A stretch of 64,000 bases of DNA, taken from positions 512,001 to 576,000 of the forward strand of contig CAVSGM010000001.1 in assembly GCA_963727485.1 (NCBI GenBank), in the 5' to 3' direction. A program made the position numbers and the translations under genes. Below, piece by piece: positions 43,871-53,745 of this stretch; position 1 is the stretch's first letter; the number at the start of each line of letters is the position of its first letter. The notes beneath the pieces were generated by a model, which saw only the letters and a list, made by a program, of their open reading frames with translations, did not search any database and was not told the DNA's origin. This DNA comes from an uncultured delta proteobacterium (lineage in GTDB: Bacteria > Myxococcota > Myxococcia > SLRQ01).

Positions 43871-44935
43871 ATGCGACAGCTTGCCATTTTCGCTTCAATC
43901 CTTTCGCTCCTCGCCTTTGGCGCCAGGCCGGCCTACGCCGACGAACACGATCGCAAGGAGCGCGATCGCCGGGCGCGCCCCGCCGGGCGCGCCCACGACG
44001 GCAACCGGAACCAGGGGAACCGGGGTGACCGGGCCCGCGGCAACCGCGACGGCGGGAGCCGCGCCCGTCGCGGCCAGCCGGCCGCTCCCGCCCGGCGGGT
44101 CCAGCCCGCCCGCCCGGCCCGCCGGGTGCAGCCCGCCCGCCCGGCCGGCGATGGCTACCGCCGCGGCCGCCCGGTGAACCAGGGCAACGGGTGGAACCGG
44201 GACGCCACCCGTCGCCAGGCCGACCGCGCCCGGCAGGAGCGGAACCGGGCCCGTCGCCAGGCCGACCGCGCCCGGCAGAACGCCGCCCGGGCTCGGCAGA
44301 ACGCCGCCCGCGCCCGGGACGACGCCCGCCGCGCCCGGGACAACGCCCGCCGCGCCCGGGGCAGCGCCGCCCGGTGGCACCGCGCCGCCGAGAGCCGCGA
44401 GGATGCCCAGCGCCTCTACCGCACCTGGCGTCCCCCCGACCACCGGGTTCACCCGGTGCGCCGCCTGAACCGGTACCCCAGGGTGCGCTGGCACCAGAGC
44501 TGGGACCACGACGACTTCGGGCGCTACCGCGCCCGCCAGGGCTGGCGCTCGCCGACCTGGTGGCCCGGCATCGGCGTCGGCTTCGGCGGCTGGGTGAACC
44601 AGCGCTACGCCAATGGCCAGACCTGGTTCCAGGGCTACTACCGCGGCGGCCGCCCCGACGGCTGGGTCCGCGCCTGGTACCAGAACGGCCAGCTGCGCTA
44701 CCAGGGCTACTTCCGGGACGGCGTCCCCGACGGCTGGATGCAGATCTGGTTCCCCAACGGCCAGCTCAAGGCCCAGGGCCAGTACCAGAACGGCGCGCGC
44801 GTCGGCTGGTGGCAGGGCTGGTACCAGAACGGGATGCAGCGCTTCCAGGGCGCCTACACCAACGGGGCCCCGACGGGGTGGTGGACCCGCTGGAGCCCCC
44901 AGGGCCAGGTTCTCGGCCAGGCCTGGCGGGGTTGA
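43871..44935 (+). CDS. Secreted protein: Arg-rich disordered N-terminus plus MORN-variant repeats
   Basis: Signal peptide AYA-D; PARRVQ/RRQADRARQ repeats; about four WYxNGQ..QG.Y..G...G units. Confidence 0.8.
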   Translation: MRQLAIFASILSLLAFGARPAYADEHDRKERDRRARPAGRAHDGNRNQGNRGDRARGNRDGGSRARRGQPAAPARRVQPARPARRVQPARPAGDGYRRGRPVNQGNGWNRDATRRQADRARQERNRARRQADRARQNAARARQNAARARDDARRARDNARRARGSAARWHRAAESREDAQRLYRTWRPPDHRVHPVRRLNRYPRVRWHQSWDHDDFGRYRARQGWRSPTWWPGIGVGFGGWVNQRYANGQTWFQGYYRGGRPDGWVRAWYQNGQLRYQGYFRDGVPDGWMQIWFPNGQLKAQGQYQNGARVGWWQGWYQNGMQRFQGAYTNGAPTGWWTRWSPQGQVLGQAWRG

Positions 44936-44963
44936 CCCCCAGGCCCGGCGGCCCCCGAGGGGG

Positions 44964-45164
44964 CTAGCCCTGCTCGACCGCCGCGGTGATGGCCGCGGCG
45001 GTCGTCGTCTGGGCCGGCTGGTTCTCGGCGACGGCCTGGGCAGTCGCGGTGCCGCCGATGCGCACGCCGGCGAAGGTGGCGACGGTGGCCACCAGCAGGG
45101 TGGCGATAAGGGCGGCGGTGATGAGGGCGAAGAGGCGATTGAAGGTGGTGAGGAAGGTGGTCAT
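44964..45164 (-). CDS. Small single-TM protein (66 aa)
   Basis: AGGAGG RBS; hydrophobic segment; GC3-rich codons. Confidence 0.65.
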   Translation of the reverse strand: MTTFLTTFNRLFALITAALIATLLVATVATFAGVRIGGTATAQAVAENQPAQTTTAAAITAAVEQG

Positions 45165-45258
45165 GGCGTCCTCCTGGGGCGACTCGGCGGTTCCGGATTC
45201 GCTTGGGGATACGCAGGCGCAGGCGCCTGATTTCGACGGAACTCCCCGGAAGAGTTCG

Positions 45259-45284
45259 TGAAATGAGATTTGCGCGCGTGCGTA
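45259..45284 (+). promoter_or_regulatory. Putative ECF-sigma promoter of the S41 peptidase gene
   Basis: TGAAAT-N16-CGTA. Confidence 0.55.
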
Positions 45285-45324
45285 CTTCCCGCCGGCCGGT
45301 CTGCGGCCGCGAGGAGCCGACGCC

Positions 45325-46618
45325 ATGCACCCCCCCCTCCGACAGCTCGCCCGATCTGGGTCCTTCTGGCCTGCCTGGCCGCCCCCGCGACGGCCCACGC
45401 CGGAGCACCCACCGGGCCCCGGCCCGCCCGGCCGCGGACGGCGCCCTCCCGGACCTCGACACGCGTCTCCTCATCCTCGCCCGCGCCTGGGCGGCAATCC
45501 CCCTCTACTTCGCCCACCGGGAAGACGTCCCCGACCTCGATCTCGAGGCCCTCTACCGGGAGACGGTGCCGGCGGTGCGCGAGGCGAAGACCCGGAAGGC
45601 CTTCGACCTGGCGATGATGGCCTTCATGGCCCGGCTCCACAACGGCCACTCCTGGTTCTGGGACGACTGGCTCTACCGGACCGAAGGCGCAAAGCTCCCC
45701 TTCTCCCTTCGGCCCCTCGGCGGGCGATGGGTGGTGGGCGCCAGCCACGTCCCCGGGCTCCCGGCCGGGAGCGTGGTCACCACCGTGGACGGCGTGCCCA
45801 TCGCGCGTTTCTACGGGCGGCAGAAGCGCTATCTCAACGCCTCGAGCGATCGGCAGGCGCGGTACAAGCTGGGCGGGCGGCCCTGGCTCTGGCCCCAGCG
45901 CTTCACCCTGGGGCTCGCCTCGGGGCGCCGGGTGACGGTGACCCGCGGCCACCGGGGCCCGACCCCACCCCCGAAGCCGTCCCACCGGTGGCTCGCGGGC
46001 CGGGTGGGCTACCTGCGCATCGCCTCCTTCGGCAACCCGGACTCGGAGGCCGAGGCCGTCGCCGCGGTGAAGCGCTTCGCCGCCGGCCACGCCCGGGCCC
46101 TGATCGTCGACGTGAGGGGCAACGGAGGTGGGAGCACCCCGGAGAAGCTGGTGGCCGCCCTCATGGATCGGCGCTACCGCTACTGGCGCGAGTCGACCCC
46201 CCAGCGCCTCGGCGTCCTCGGAGCCCGGGGGGCCGAGCCCTTCGCCCGGGCGCGCCTCGCCTGGCCGGCGACCTGGGTGGAGCCGGAGGCGCCGGCGTTC
46301 ACCGGGCCGGTGGTGATCCTGGTCGACGGCCGGTGCACCTCGGCCTGCGAGGACTTCGTGGAGCCCTTCGCCGACAACCACCGGGCCACGATGGTGGGCG
46401 AGCGCACCGCCGGGAGCAGCGGCCAGCCCTGGTACCGCTTCTTCCCGGGCGGGATGCGCATCATGATCGGCGCCAAGCGCGAGGCCTTCCCCGACGGCCG
46501 GCGCTTCGAGGGGGTGGGCATCGCCCCGGACGTCGAGGTGAAGCCGACCCTGGCGTCGCTCCGGGCGGGGGCCGATCCGGCCCTGGTGCGCGCCGAGGCG
46601 ATCGCCCGGGGACGGTGA
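45325..46618 (+). CDS. Secreted S41 family peptidase (two apparent 5' frameshifts)
   Basis: L.NGHS, GYLRIASF, DVRGNGGGS, TSACEDF, GERTAGS, G.GI.PD; breaks in the C8 run at 45330 and near 45420-45435. Confidence 0.85.
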
Positions 46619-46624
46619 GCGGCC

Positions 46625-47392
46625 CTACCGCCAGCGGGTGAGGAGCCGCTCCCGGTCGAAGAGCCGGGCGGCGACGGCGACCAGGACCACGTCGGCGACG
46701 GCGAGGCCCGCCGCCAGGGCCAGGTAGAAGCCCAGGCCCAGGTGGACCTTCCCGGCGATCTGGGCGACCACCAGCCCGAGCAGGGGGACCACGGTCATCG
46801 CCGCCAGGTTCTGGGCCGCACGGGGATCGGTGACCCTCGCCGAGACCGCCACGGCGACGGCGTTGCCGAAGAGGGCGAGGAGCGGGGCGAGGACGGCGAC
46901 GGCAAACGCCCAGGCGGCGTCGGGGAGCAGGGCGTGGCCGGCGAGGGCGTCGAGGGCGCCGACGAAGACCCCGGCGGAGAGCCAGGTGATGGCCAGCGCC
47001 GGGATCACCGCCCCCACGCTCTTGCCCACGACGATGGCGGTGGTGGACACCGGGGTGGCCAGAAGCGGCTCCAGGGTCCGGCGCTCGCGCTCGCCGCCGA
47101 TGGACTGGGCCGCGAGGAGGATGGGGAGGAACACCGGCATCACCAGGAACACGGGCAGCCAGTTGGTGGCCGCGGCCCGGACCAGGACCTCGATGGGGGC
47201 TCCGGCGCCGAGGCCGTAGATCTGCTGGATGAAGGCCACCGACGCCGCCGGCGCCGCGTGGGCGAGGTAGGCCACCAGCGCCACCGGCACCACCACCGTG
47301 GTGGTGGGCAGGGAGATCATGGACGCCAGGAGCACCGGCGAGCGGCGGATCTCGTGGAGCTCCTTGCGGAGGATGAGGCCGGCGGCGCTCAC
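46625..47392 (-). CDS. ABC-2 permease
   Basis: ILRKE..E, GERERRTLEPLLATP, F.RE.LL. Confidence 0.9.
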   Translation of the reverse strand: MSAAGLILRKELHEIRRSPVLLASMISLPTTTVVVPVALVAYLAHAAPAASVAFIQQIYGLGAGAPIEVLVRAAATNWLPVFLVMPVFLPILLAAQSIGGERERRTLEPLLATPVSTTAIVVGKSVGAVIPALAITWLSAGVFVGALDALAGHALLPDAAWAFAVAVLAPLLALFGNAVAVAVSARVTDPRAAQNLAAMTVVPLLGLVVAQIAGKVHLGLGFYLALAAGLAVADVVLVAVAARLFDRERLLTRWR

Positions 47393-48330
47393 GGGACCAG
47401 CCCCGTCCGCCGGGCCTCGGCGAGGAGGGCCAGGTAGGCCTCCTCCAGGGCGTGGCGCGCCGGGACCACCGCCTGCACCCGGCCCCCGGCGCCCACCGCG
47501 GCGGCGACCACGTCGGCGACGGCGCCTCCCTCCGCGAGCTCGAGGTGCAGGGCCCCGCCCTCGAGGCGGCTGGCGGCCACCGCCGGGTGCCCGCCGACGA
47601 CGCCGGCCACTCCGTCCACCGGGGGCTCGAGCTGAAGGACCACCCGGCGGTCGGCGGCGGCGGCCCCGGCGACGTCGTGGACGCCGACGAGGCGCCCGGC
47701 GAGGAACGCCGCCCGGCCGCAGAGGCGCTCGACCTCGTCGAGGTGGTGGGTGCAGAGGATCACCGTGCGCCCCTCGGCCGCGAGCTCGCCGATGATCGCC
47801 CGCACCTCCCGGGTGGCCTCCGGGTCGAGGCCCACGGTGGGCTCGTCGAGGAGGACGATGTCGGGGCGGTGCATCAGGGCCCGGGCGATGGCGAGCTTCT
47901 GCTTCATCCCCCGGGAGAGGCTGCCGAAGGGGGCGTCGGCCTTGTTCGCGAGGTCGAAGCGGCCGAGGAGCTCTTTCGCCCGGCGGTCGGCCTCGTGGCG
48001 GCCGAGGCCGTAGAGGCGCGCGAAGTGGACGAGGTTGTAGCGGGCGGCCAGGGGGTCGTAGAAGCCCGGCTGCTCGGTGAGCAGGCCCACCTTTCGGCGC
48101 AGGGTCGCGCCCCCGGCGCGCCCCGGTCCCACCTCGACCCCGGCGACGGTGGCCCGCCCGGCGTCCGGGGCGTAGAGGCCCGCGAGGATGCGCAGGGTGG
48201 TGGTCTTGCCGGCGCCGTTGGGCCCGAGGAGGCCGAAGACCTCGCCGGCCTCCACCGAGAAGGCGAGGTCGTCGATGGCGCGGTGTCCGTCGAAGGCCTT
48301 CGAGAGGCCGGCTACCTCGATGGCGGTCAC
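47389..48330 (-). CDS. ABC transporter ATP-binding protein
   Basis: GPNGAGKTT, LSRGMKQK, LLDEPT.GLDP, CTHHL. Confidence 0.94.
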   Translation of the reverse strand: MTAIEVAGLSKAFDGHRAIDDLAFSVEAGEVFGLLGPNGAGKTTTLRILAGLYAPDAGRATVAGVEVGPGRAGGATLRRKVGLLTEQPGFYDPLAARYNLVHFARLYGLGRHEADRRAKELLGRFDLANKADAPFGSLSRGMKQKLAIARALMHRPDIVLLDEPTVGLDPEATREVRAIIGELAAEGRTVILCTHHLDEVERLCGRAAFLAGRLVGVHDVAGAAAADRRVVLQLEPPVDGVAGVVGGHPAVAASRLEGGALHLELAEGGAVADVVAAAVGAGGRVQAVVPARHALEEAYLALLAEARRTGLVP

Positions 48331-48404
48331 GGGTGGGGGCCGGGGGTCCGAACAGGGTGGCACCGGTGGCGCCACAGTGCCACCCTGGAGCCCGGAGCCC
48401 CGCC

Positions 48405-48749
48405 ATGTCCAAGACCCTCAAGCCCCCCGCCCTCGATCCCTCGACGCTCGCTCCGCGCATCGGCTCGGGCTACCCGGCGCCGTTTGCCGCGGCGGCCGGG
48501 AAGCGGGAGAAGCGCGCCCTCGGCGACGCCCTGGGCCTGACCCACTTCGGCGTGAACCTCACCACCCTGCCGCCCGGGTGCTGGTCCTCCCAGCGCCACT
48601 GGCACACGGCGTCCGACGAGCTGGTCTACGTCCTCGAGGGGGAGCTGGTCCTGGAGACCGACGCTGCCACCTACCCCGACGTCGACCTGGCGGTGAAGCG
48701 GGTCGAGGGCAAGTGGGTCTACACCCACAAGGACGGGACGCCCTACTGA
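48405..48749 (+). pseudogene. Cupin-domain gene with apparent in-frame internal deletion
   Basis: LGDALGLTHFGVN, SSQRHWH..DE..YVLEGE present; second cupin motif missing between ETDA and ATYPDVDL. Confidence 0.6.
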
Positions 48750-49969
48750 TGCGGCGGCGCCCGGTCCTCGAGGCGCTCCTCGCGTCCCTCGTCGTCGCCC
48801 TCGGCGCCGGCTGCGGGCACGGCACCGCGGCGGGCGGCGCCGACGGGGGCGGCGTGTCCCGGGATGCGGGCGGCGGGGGCACCGGTTCCGACGGCGGCAC
48901 CGGCGACGGAGGTGCGACGGACGGCGGCCCCACCGACGGCGGCGCGGCCGACGCCGGACCCTGGGTCCACTTCGTCTCCCCGGCCCCGGGCGCCACCGTC
49001 CCCAACCCGGTGACCTTCACCGTCGCCGCCGGCCAGGTCGACCAGGTGCAGATCCTCGCCGACGGCACCTGGGCGCTCGCGCCCGCCTGGGATCCCACGA
49101 CCACGGGCACGCTGCGCTACCGCTTCGCGAACACCGGCACCCGGCACGTCCAGGTCAACGGCCTGGTCGCCGGCCAGGTGGTCGTCACCGAGCCCCTGAC
49201 CCTCACCATCCCCCCCGACCCCTGCGCCGACCGGTTCTTCCTCGACCGCTTCGACGCCCAGAACCAGGACCCCTCGGGCACCGTGGATTTGGCCTCGCTC
49301 CGGGAAGACGCCCTGGCCGCGGTGAAGCAGGCCATCGCCGACCTGCGCGCCTGCGGGGCCACGGTCACCGACGGGGGGATGATGTCGCTGCTCTACTACG
49401 AGGGCGCCCTGCGCCTGGGCGCCTACAACACCCGGTGCAGCGAGAACAGCTACGACCCCATGCCGTCCGGGTGCGACGCCTACCCCGAGGCCCTCTACAG
49501 CTACCAGTACGGCCTCGGCGCCATCCACACCTCGAACTTCCACCCCTGCAAGGGCGGGAGCTGGACGGCGGGGATGCGCGCGCTCTTCCTCAAGCTCGCC
49601 GCCGACCACGGCTACGACACCCGCGCCTCGCTCATGACCCCGGCGCTGACCGACCGCTTCCACCAGGTGTGCCCGAACGCCACCCCCACGGCGGTCGACT
49701 ACTACCTCCTCGCCGCCCACGACGTCTTCGGGATCCCCAGGAACGGCGCCGGGAACGACCTGGCGGCGGTGGGCAGCTTCCCCTTCGTGGACCCGGCGAT
49801 CTCGGTGGCGCTCACCTTCCACGCCCTCACCGCCAGCTGCGCCTCGATCCACTCGGACCGCGACGCCATCACCGCCTTCGGGGGCGGGGACGCCAGCTAC
49901 GCCGACCCGGCGAAGCAGGACCAGATCCTGTCGTACTACCAGGACTACGCCGCGGCGCACTGCCCCTGA
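48749..49969 (+). CDS. Lipoprotein: DGG linker, Ig-like domain and unknown C-terminal domain
   Basis: Lipobox GAGC; V.FVSP..GATV.NPV Ig-like start; Cys-containing C-terminal domain. Confidence 0.75.
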   Translation: MRRRPVLEALLASLVVALGAGCGHGTAAGGADGGGVSRDAGGGGTGSDGGTGDGGATDGGPTDGGAADAGPWVHFVSPAPGATVPNPVTFTVAAGQVDQVQILADGTWALAPAWDPTTTGTLRYRFANTGTRHVQVNGLVAGQVVVTEPLTLTIPPDPCADRFFLDRFDAQNQDPSGTVDLASLREDALAAVKQAIADLRACGATVTDGGMMSLLYYEGALRLGAYNTRCSENSYDPMPSGCDAYPEALYSYQYGLGAIHTSNFHPCKGGSWTAGMRALFLKLAADHGYDTRASLMTPALTDRFHQVCPNATPTAVDYYLLAAHDVFGIPRNGAGNDLAAVGSFPFVDPAISVALTFHALTASCASIHSDRDAITAFGGGDASYADPAKQDQILSYYQDYAAAHCP

Positions 49970-49979
49970 CGCCGCCCCC

Positions 49980-51761
49980 CTACTGGCAGGCGGGGTCGCA
50001 GAACGAGTAGGCCCCGTTGAGGTAGGCGTCGCAGAAGCCCGAGGTGCACGGGTGGGTGGCGTCGCAGGTGGGCTCCAGCAAGGGGATCGTCGACGACACG
50101 CAGGCCTTCCCCCCGGTGACCGCCTGGCAGGTGGAGCCGTTGGGGCACTGCGAGCACGTCCCGCCGTTGCAGTAGGGCTGCGCGGTGCTGGTGCACTGGC
50201 TGTCCTTGGTGCAGGTGACGCAGACCTGGTTGGTGGTGTCGCAGTAGGGCGTCGAGGTGCCGGCGCAGTTGGCGTCCTGGGTGCACGCCACGCAGGTGTG
50301 GGTGGCGGTGTCGCAGGCCGGGGTGGCGCCGCCGCACTGGGAGTCGCTCACGCAGTCGACGCAGGTGTGCTTGGAGGTGTCGCAGACCTGGCCGCCGGTG
50401 CAGTCGCCCGAGGAGACGCAGGCGACGCAGGTGCCGTCGGTGGTGTAGCAGTGCTTGCCGCTCGGGCACTGGCTGTCCTGGCGGCAGGCGACGCAGTGGG
50501 GCGGCGAGAGGTTGGTGCCGCAGTAGGGCACCCCCCAGGCCGAGGGGCACTCGCTGTCGTTGGTGCAGCCGATGGTCTTGCCGGCGTCGGCGCAGGTGTC
50601 GCCGGAGGCGTCGATGGTCTCGCCGGGGACGCAGCAGAAGCTGCCCCCGAGCCCGAAGGTCGAGGACGAGGTCCCGCAGAACTCCCCGCTGCCGCAGCAC
50701 ACCGCGGTGGGGCTCGACTTGCAGGGGGTGGTGTCGGCACAGACCGCCCCCCCGGTGAGGCTGGTGAGCACGCACTGGAAGGAGCTCGACTGGCAGGGGT
50801 TCTGCTGGGTGCAGCTCGCCAGGCGACCGGTGGCGTCGTAGCCCGAGCAGGTGACGCCCCGGTCCTGGCAGGTGGAGGAGAGGCACACCTGGGTGCCGGT
50901 GCAGCCGTGGCCGCAGGTCCCGCAGTTGGCGCCGTCGCTGGTGAGGTCGACGCAGGTGCCATTGCACTCGGTGAGCCCGGCGGGGCAGACGCAGGCGTGG
51001 GTGCCGGTATCGCAGGTCTTGCCCCCGGTGCACTGGGCGTCCTGGTCGCAGCCGGGCAGGCAGGCCTTGGTGGTGGTGTCGCAGTAGTTGAGGCCGGTGC
51101 ACCCCTGGGTGGTGCAGTCGGGCGGCGTCTGGCAGCTGCCCGAGACGCAGGCCTGGTCGATGGCGCAGGCGTGGCCGCAGGTGCCGCAGTTCAGGGCGTC
51201 GGAGAGGGTGTCGGTGCAGGCCCCGCTGCAGATCTGCTGGGCGCCCGGGCAGAGGCAGGCGGACTGGTTGCAGCTGGCGCCGTTGGGGCAGGGGCGGTCG
51301 CAGCTCCCGCAGTGGGCCGGGTCGGAGGAGAGGTCGGCACACACACCGTTGCAGTCGGTGAGCCCGGCGCCGCAGGTGACGGTCCCGCCGTCGGGGGTCC
51401 CCCCGTCGCCCACGGTGCCACCGTCGCTGACGGTCCCGCCGTCGGAGGTGCCGCCGTCGGTCACCGTCCCGCCGTCGGTCCCGCCGGTGCCCCCGTCGGT
51501 CACCGTCCCGCCGTCGGTCCCGCCGGTGCCCCCGTCACCGCCGGTGACGATTCCGCCGTCCGGGAGCACCCCGCACTGGCAGGCGCCGTAGGTTCCGTCG
51601 TCGCGGCAGACCTCGACCCCGGCGGTCTGGTCGCTGCAGACGCACTGGACCTTGTCGCCGGGGGCGCAGTCGGAGCCGGCGGAACCGAAGAAGCACCCAC
51701 CGGTGGCCACGAGCCCCCCGGCGAGCACCCAGACCATGACCGAAGGACGGTGGACGCTCAT
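49980..51761 (-). CDS. Cys-rich myxobacterial-type surface lipoprotein
   Basis: Lipobox TGGC; DGGT repeats; C.DL.SD..(H/N)CG.C...C and C..D..C repeats. Confidence 0.85.
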   Translation of the reverse strand: MSVHRPSVMVWVLAGGLVATGGCFFGSAGSDCAPGDKVQCVCSDQTAGVEVCRDDGTYGACQCGVLPDGGIVTGGDGGTGGTDGGTVTDGGTGGTDGGTVTDGGTSDGGTVSDGGTVGDGGTPDGGTVTCGAGLTDCNGVCADLSSDPAHCGSCDRPCPNGASCNQSACLCPGAQQICSGACTDTLSDALNCGTCGHACAIDQACVSGSCQTPPDCTTQGCTGLNYCDTTTKACLPGCDQDAQCTGGKTCDTGTHACVCPAGLTECNGTCVDLTSDGANCGTCGHGCTGTQVCLSSTCQDRGVTCSGYDATGRLASCTQQNPCQSSSFQCVLTSLTGGAVCADTTPCKSSPTAVCCGSGEFCGTSSSTFGLGGSFCCVPGETIDASGDTCADAGKTIGCTNDSECPSAWGVPYCGTNLSPPHCVACRQDSQCPSGKHCYTTDGTCVACVSSGDCTGGQVCDTSKHTCVDCVSDSQCGGATPACDTATHTCVACTQDANCAGTSTPYCDTTNQVCVTCTKDSQCTSTAQPYCNGGTCSQCPNGSTCQAVTGGKACVSSTIPLLEPTCDATHPCTSGFCDAYLNGAYSFCDPACQ

Positions 51762-51826
51762 CCCCCGCCTTTTAGCCGGTCCGCACCGGCTTGGGAACCC
51801 GGGGGGCCCGCCACACCGCCGGCCGC

Positions 51827-53602
51827 TCAGGGGCAGGCGTACACGCAGTAGTGGTACCCGCCGGCAGGGATGCAGATCTTGCAGGAGGTTGCCGCAGTCG
51901 GCGTCCTGGGTGCAGGGCGCGGAGGTCGCGGGCATCAGGCAGGCGTGGCGGCCGTCGGCGGCCGTCTGGCAGGTGGTCCCCGAGGGGCACGTCTGGCAGG
52001 TGCCGCCGGCGCAGACCGGGGTGGCGGTGCCGCAGTCGGCGTTGTTGAGGCAGGCGACGCAGGCGTGGGCCGAGGGGTCGCAGAGCGGCCGGCCGGGGTC
52101 GGTGCAGCCGGCGTTGGTGGTGCAGGCGACGCAGGTGTGGGTCTTGGTGTCGCAGGCGGGGGTGATGCCCACTGCAGTCGGCGTCCCTGAGGCAGGCGAC
52201 GCAGGTGCCGCGGGTCGTGTCGCAGACCTGGCCCGTGGCGCAGTCGGCGGTCGACAGGCAGTCCACGCAGGTGCCCCTGGAGCTGTCGCACTGCTTGCCC
52301 GTGGGGCACTGGCTGGTGTTCAGGCAGGCGACGCAGGTCGGCCGCGGGCGGCTGGTGTCGCAGTAGGGTCGGTCCCAGGCCGCGGGGCAGTCGCTGTCCG
52401 CCTGGCAGCCGATGGGCAGACCGATGTCGATGCAGATGCCGTTGCCGAACGACCCGCCGGGCAGCGACTCCCCGGGGGTGCAGCAGAACGGCTGGCTGGC
52501 GGTGCCGGCGTCGTCGATGCCGCAGAAGCGGCCGGGGGTGCAGCACTTGACCGTGGGCGAGGTCAGGCAGGGGGTCATCGGGCGCAGTACCCGCCGCTGG
52601 AGCCGGGCACGGGCGGGTCGCACTGGAGGGCCTGGGTTCCGGCAGGGTTGCGTCGGGCCGCAGTCGGCCAGCCGTCCGGTGTCGGAGTAGCCGCTGCACA
52701 CCTGGGCCGGATCCGTGCAGACGCCGCCGAGGCACGACTGGCTCACGGGGCAGGCGTGGCCGCAGGCGCCGCAGTTGGCGTCATCGCCGGGCAGGTAGGT
52801 GCACTGGCCGTTGCACGCGGTGTAGCGGCGTGGCGGCACACGCAGGTGCTGGTGCCGGTGTCGCAGCGCCGGTCGAGGCTGCAGTCGCTATCGGAGAGGC
52901 AGCCCGACTTGCAGGTCGCCGGTCGCGTAGTCGCAGTAGGCGTTGAGGAGGGCAGCCCTGGGAGACGCAGCTGGCGGCGCCGGGGCGCAGGTGCCGCTGT
53001 CGCAGATGCCGTCAGGGGCAGGGGCGGCCGCAGCAGCCCGCAGTTGGACGCGTCGGTGGCGGTGTCGATGCAGGCGCCGCTGCAGAGGGTCTGCCCCCGG
53101 GGCAGGCGCAGGCGCCGACGGGTGCAGCTGCCCGTGGCCGGGCACGCCCAGCCGCAGGCGCCGCAGTTGGCGGGGTCGGCGGTGAGGTCGATGCAGCTGC
53201 CGCCGCAGGCGGTCAGGCCGGTGCCGCAGGAGACGCCGCCGTCGGTCGCGGTGCCGCCATCGGTCGCGGTGCCGCCATCGGTCGGGGTGCCGCCGTCGGT
53301 CGGGGTGCCGCCGTCGGTCGCGGTGCCGCCGTCGGTCGCGGTGCCGCCGTCGGTCGCGGTGCCGCCGTCGCTGCCGCCCACCGTCGCCCCCGTCGACGGG
53401 GAGCACTCCGCACTCGCAGGCCCCGTAGGTGCCGTCGTCGCGGCAGACCCGCACTCCGGGCACGCCGATCGGTGCAGGTGCACGGCGATCTCGGCTGCCG
53501 GGGGCTGCAGTCGGCGCCGGTGCCACCGGGGAAACAGCCGCTGGCGAAGCACGAGGGCGCCAGCGAGGCGAGGACGAGGTATCGTCGAGTGATGAGCGCC
53601 AT
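51827..53602 (-). pseudogene. Tandem paralog of the Cys-rich lipoprotein, many frameshifts (decay or low-quality consensus)
   Basis: Same layout (GADC.P, VCRDDGTYGAC.CGVLP, DGGT, NCG.C, CSGY..TGRLA.C) scattered over all three frames. Confidence 0.75.
53235..53370. repeat. 18-bp tandem repeat (TATDGG/TPTDGG), about 7.5 copies
   Basis: Unit GCCGCCGTCGGTCGCGGT with variants. Confidence 0.9.
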
Positions 53603-53745
53603 CGTCGACCCAGCTGGGGTACTGTGGGAAGTGGGAATCGGCACCGGGGGGATGGCGTCGGGCGGGGGCCCCGAACGGGCCGGCTCTCCGGAATGCGTCC
53701 CGGCGCGGGATGTGTTCAAATCCCTGGCCTCTCACAGGGATCCCC

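Noticed and set aside
53235..53370. Repeat array as CRISPR or iterons
   Set aside because: Encodes a DGGT protein linker; no spacers.
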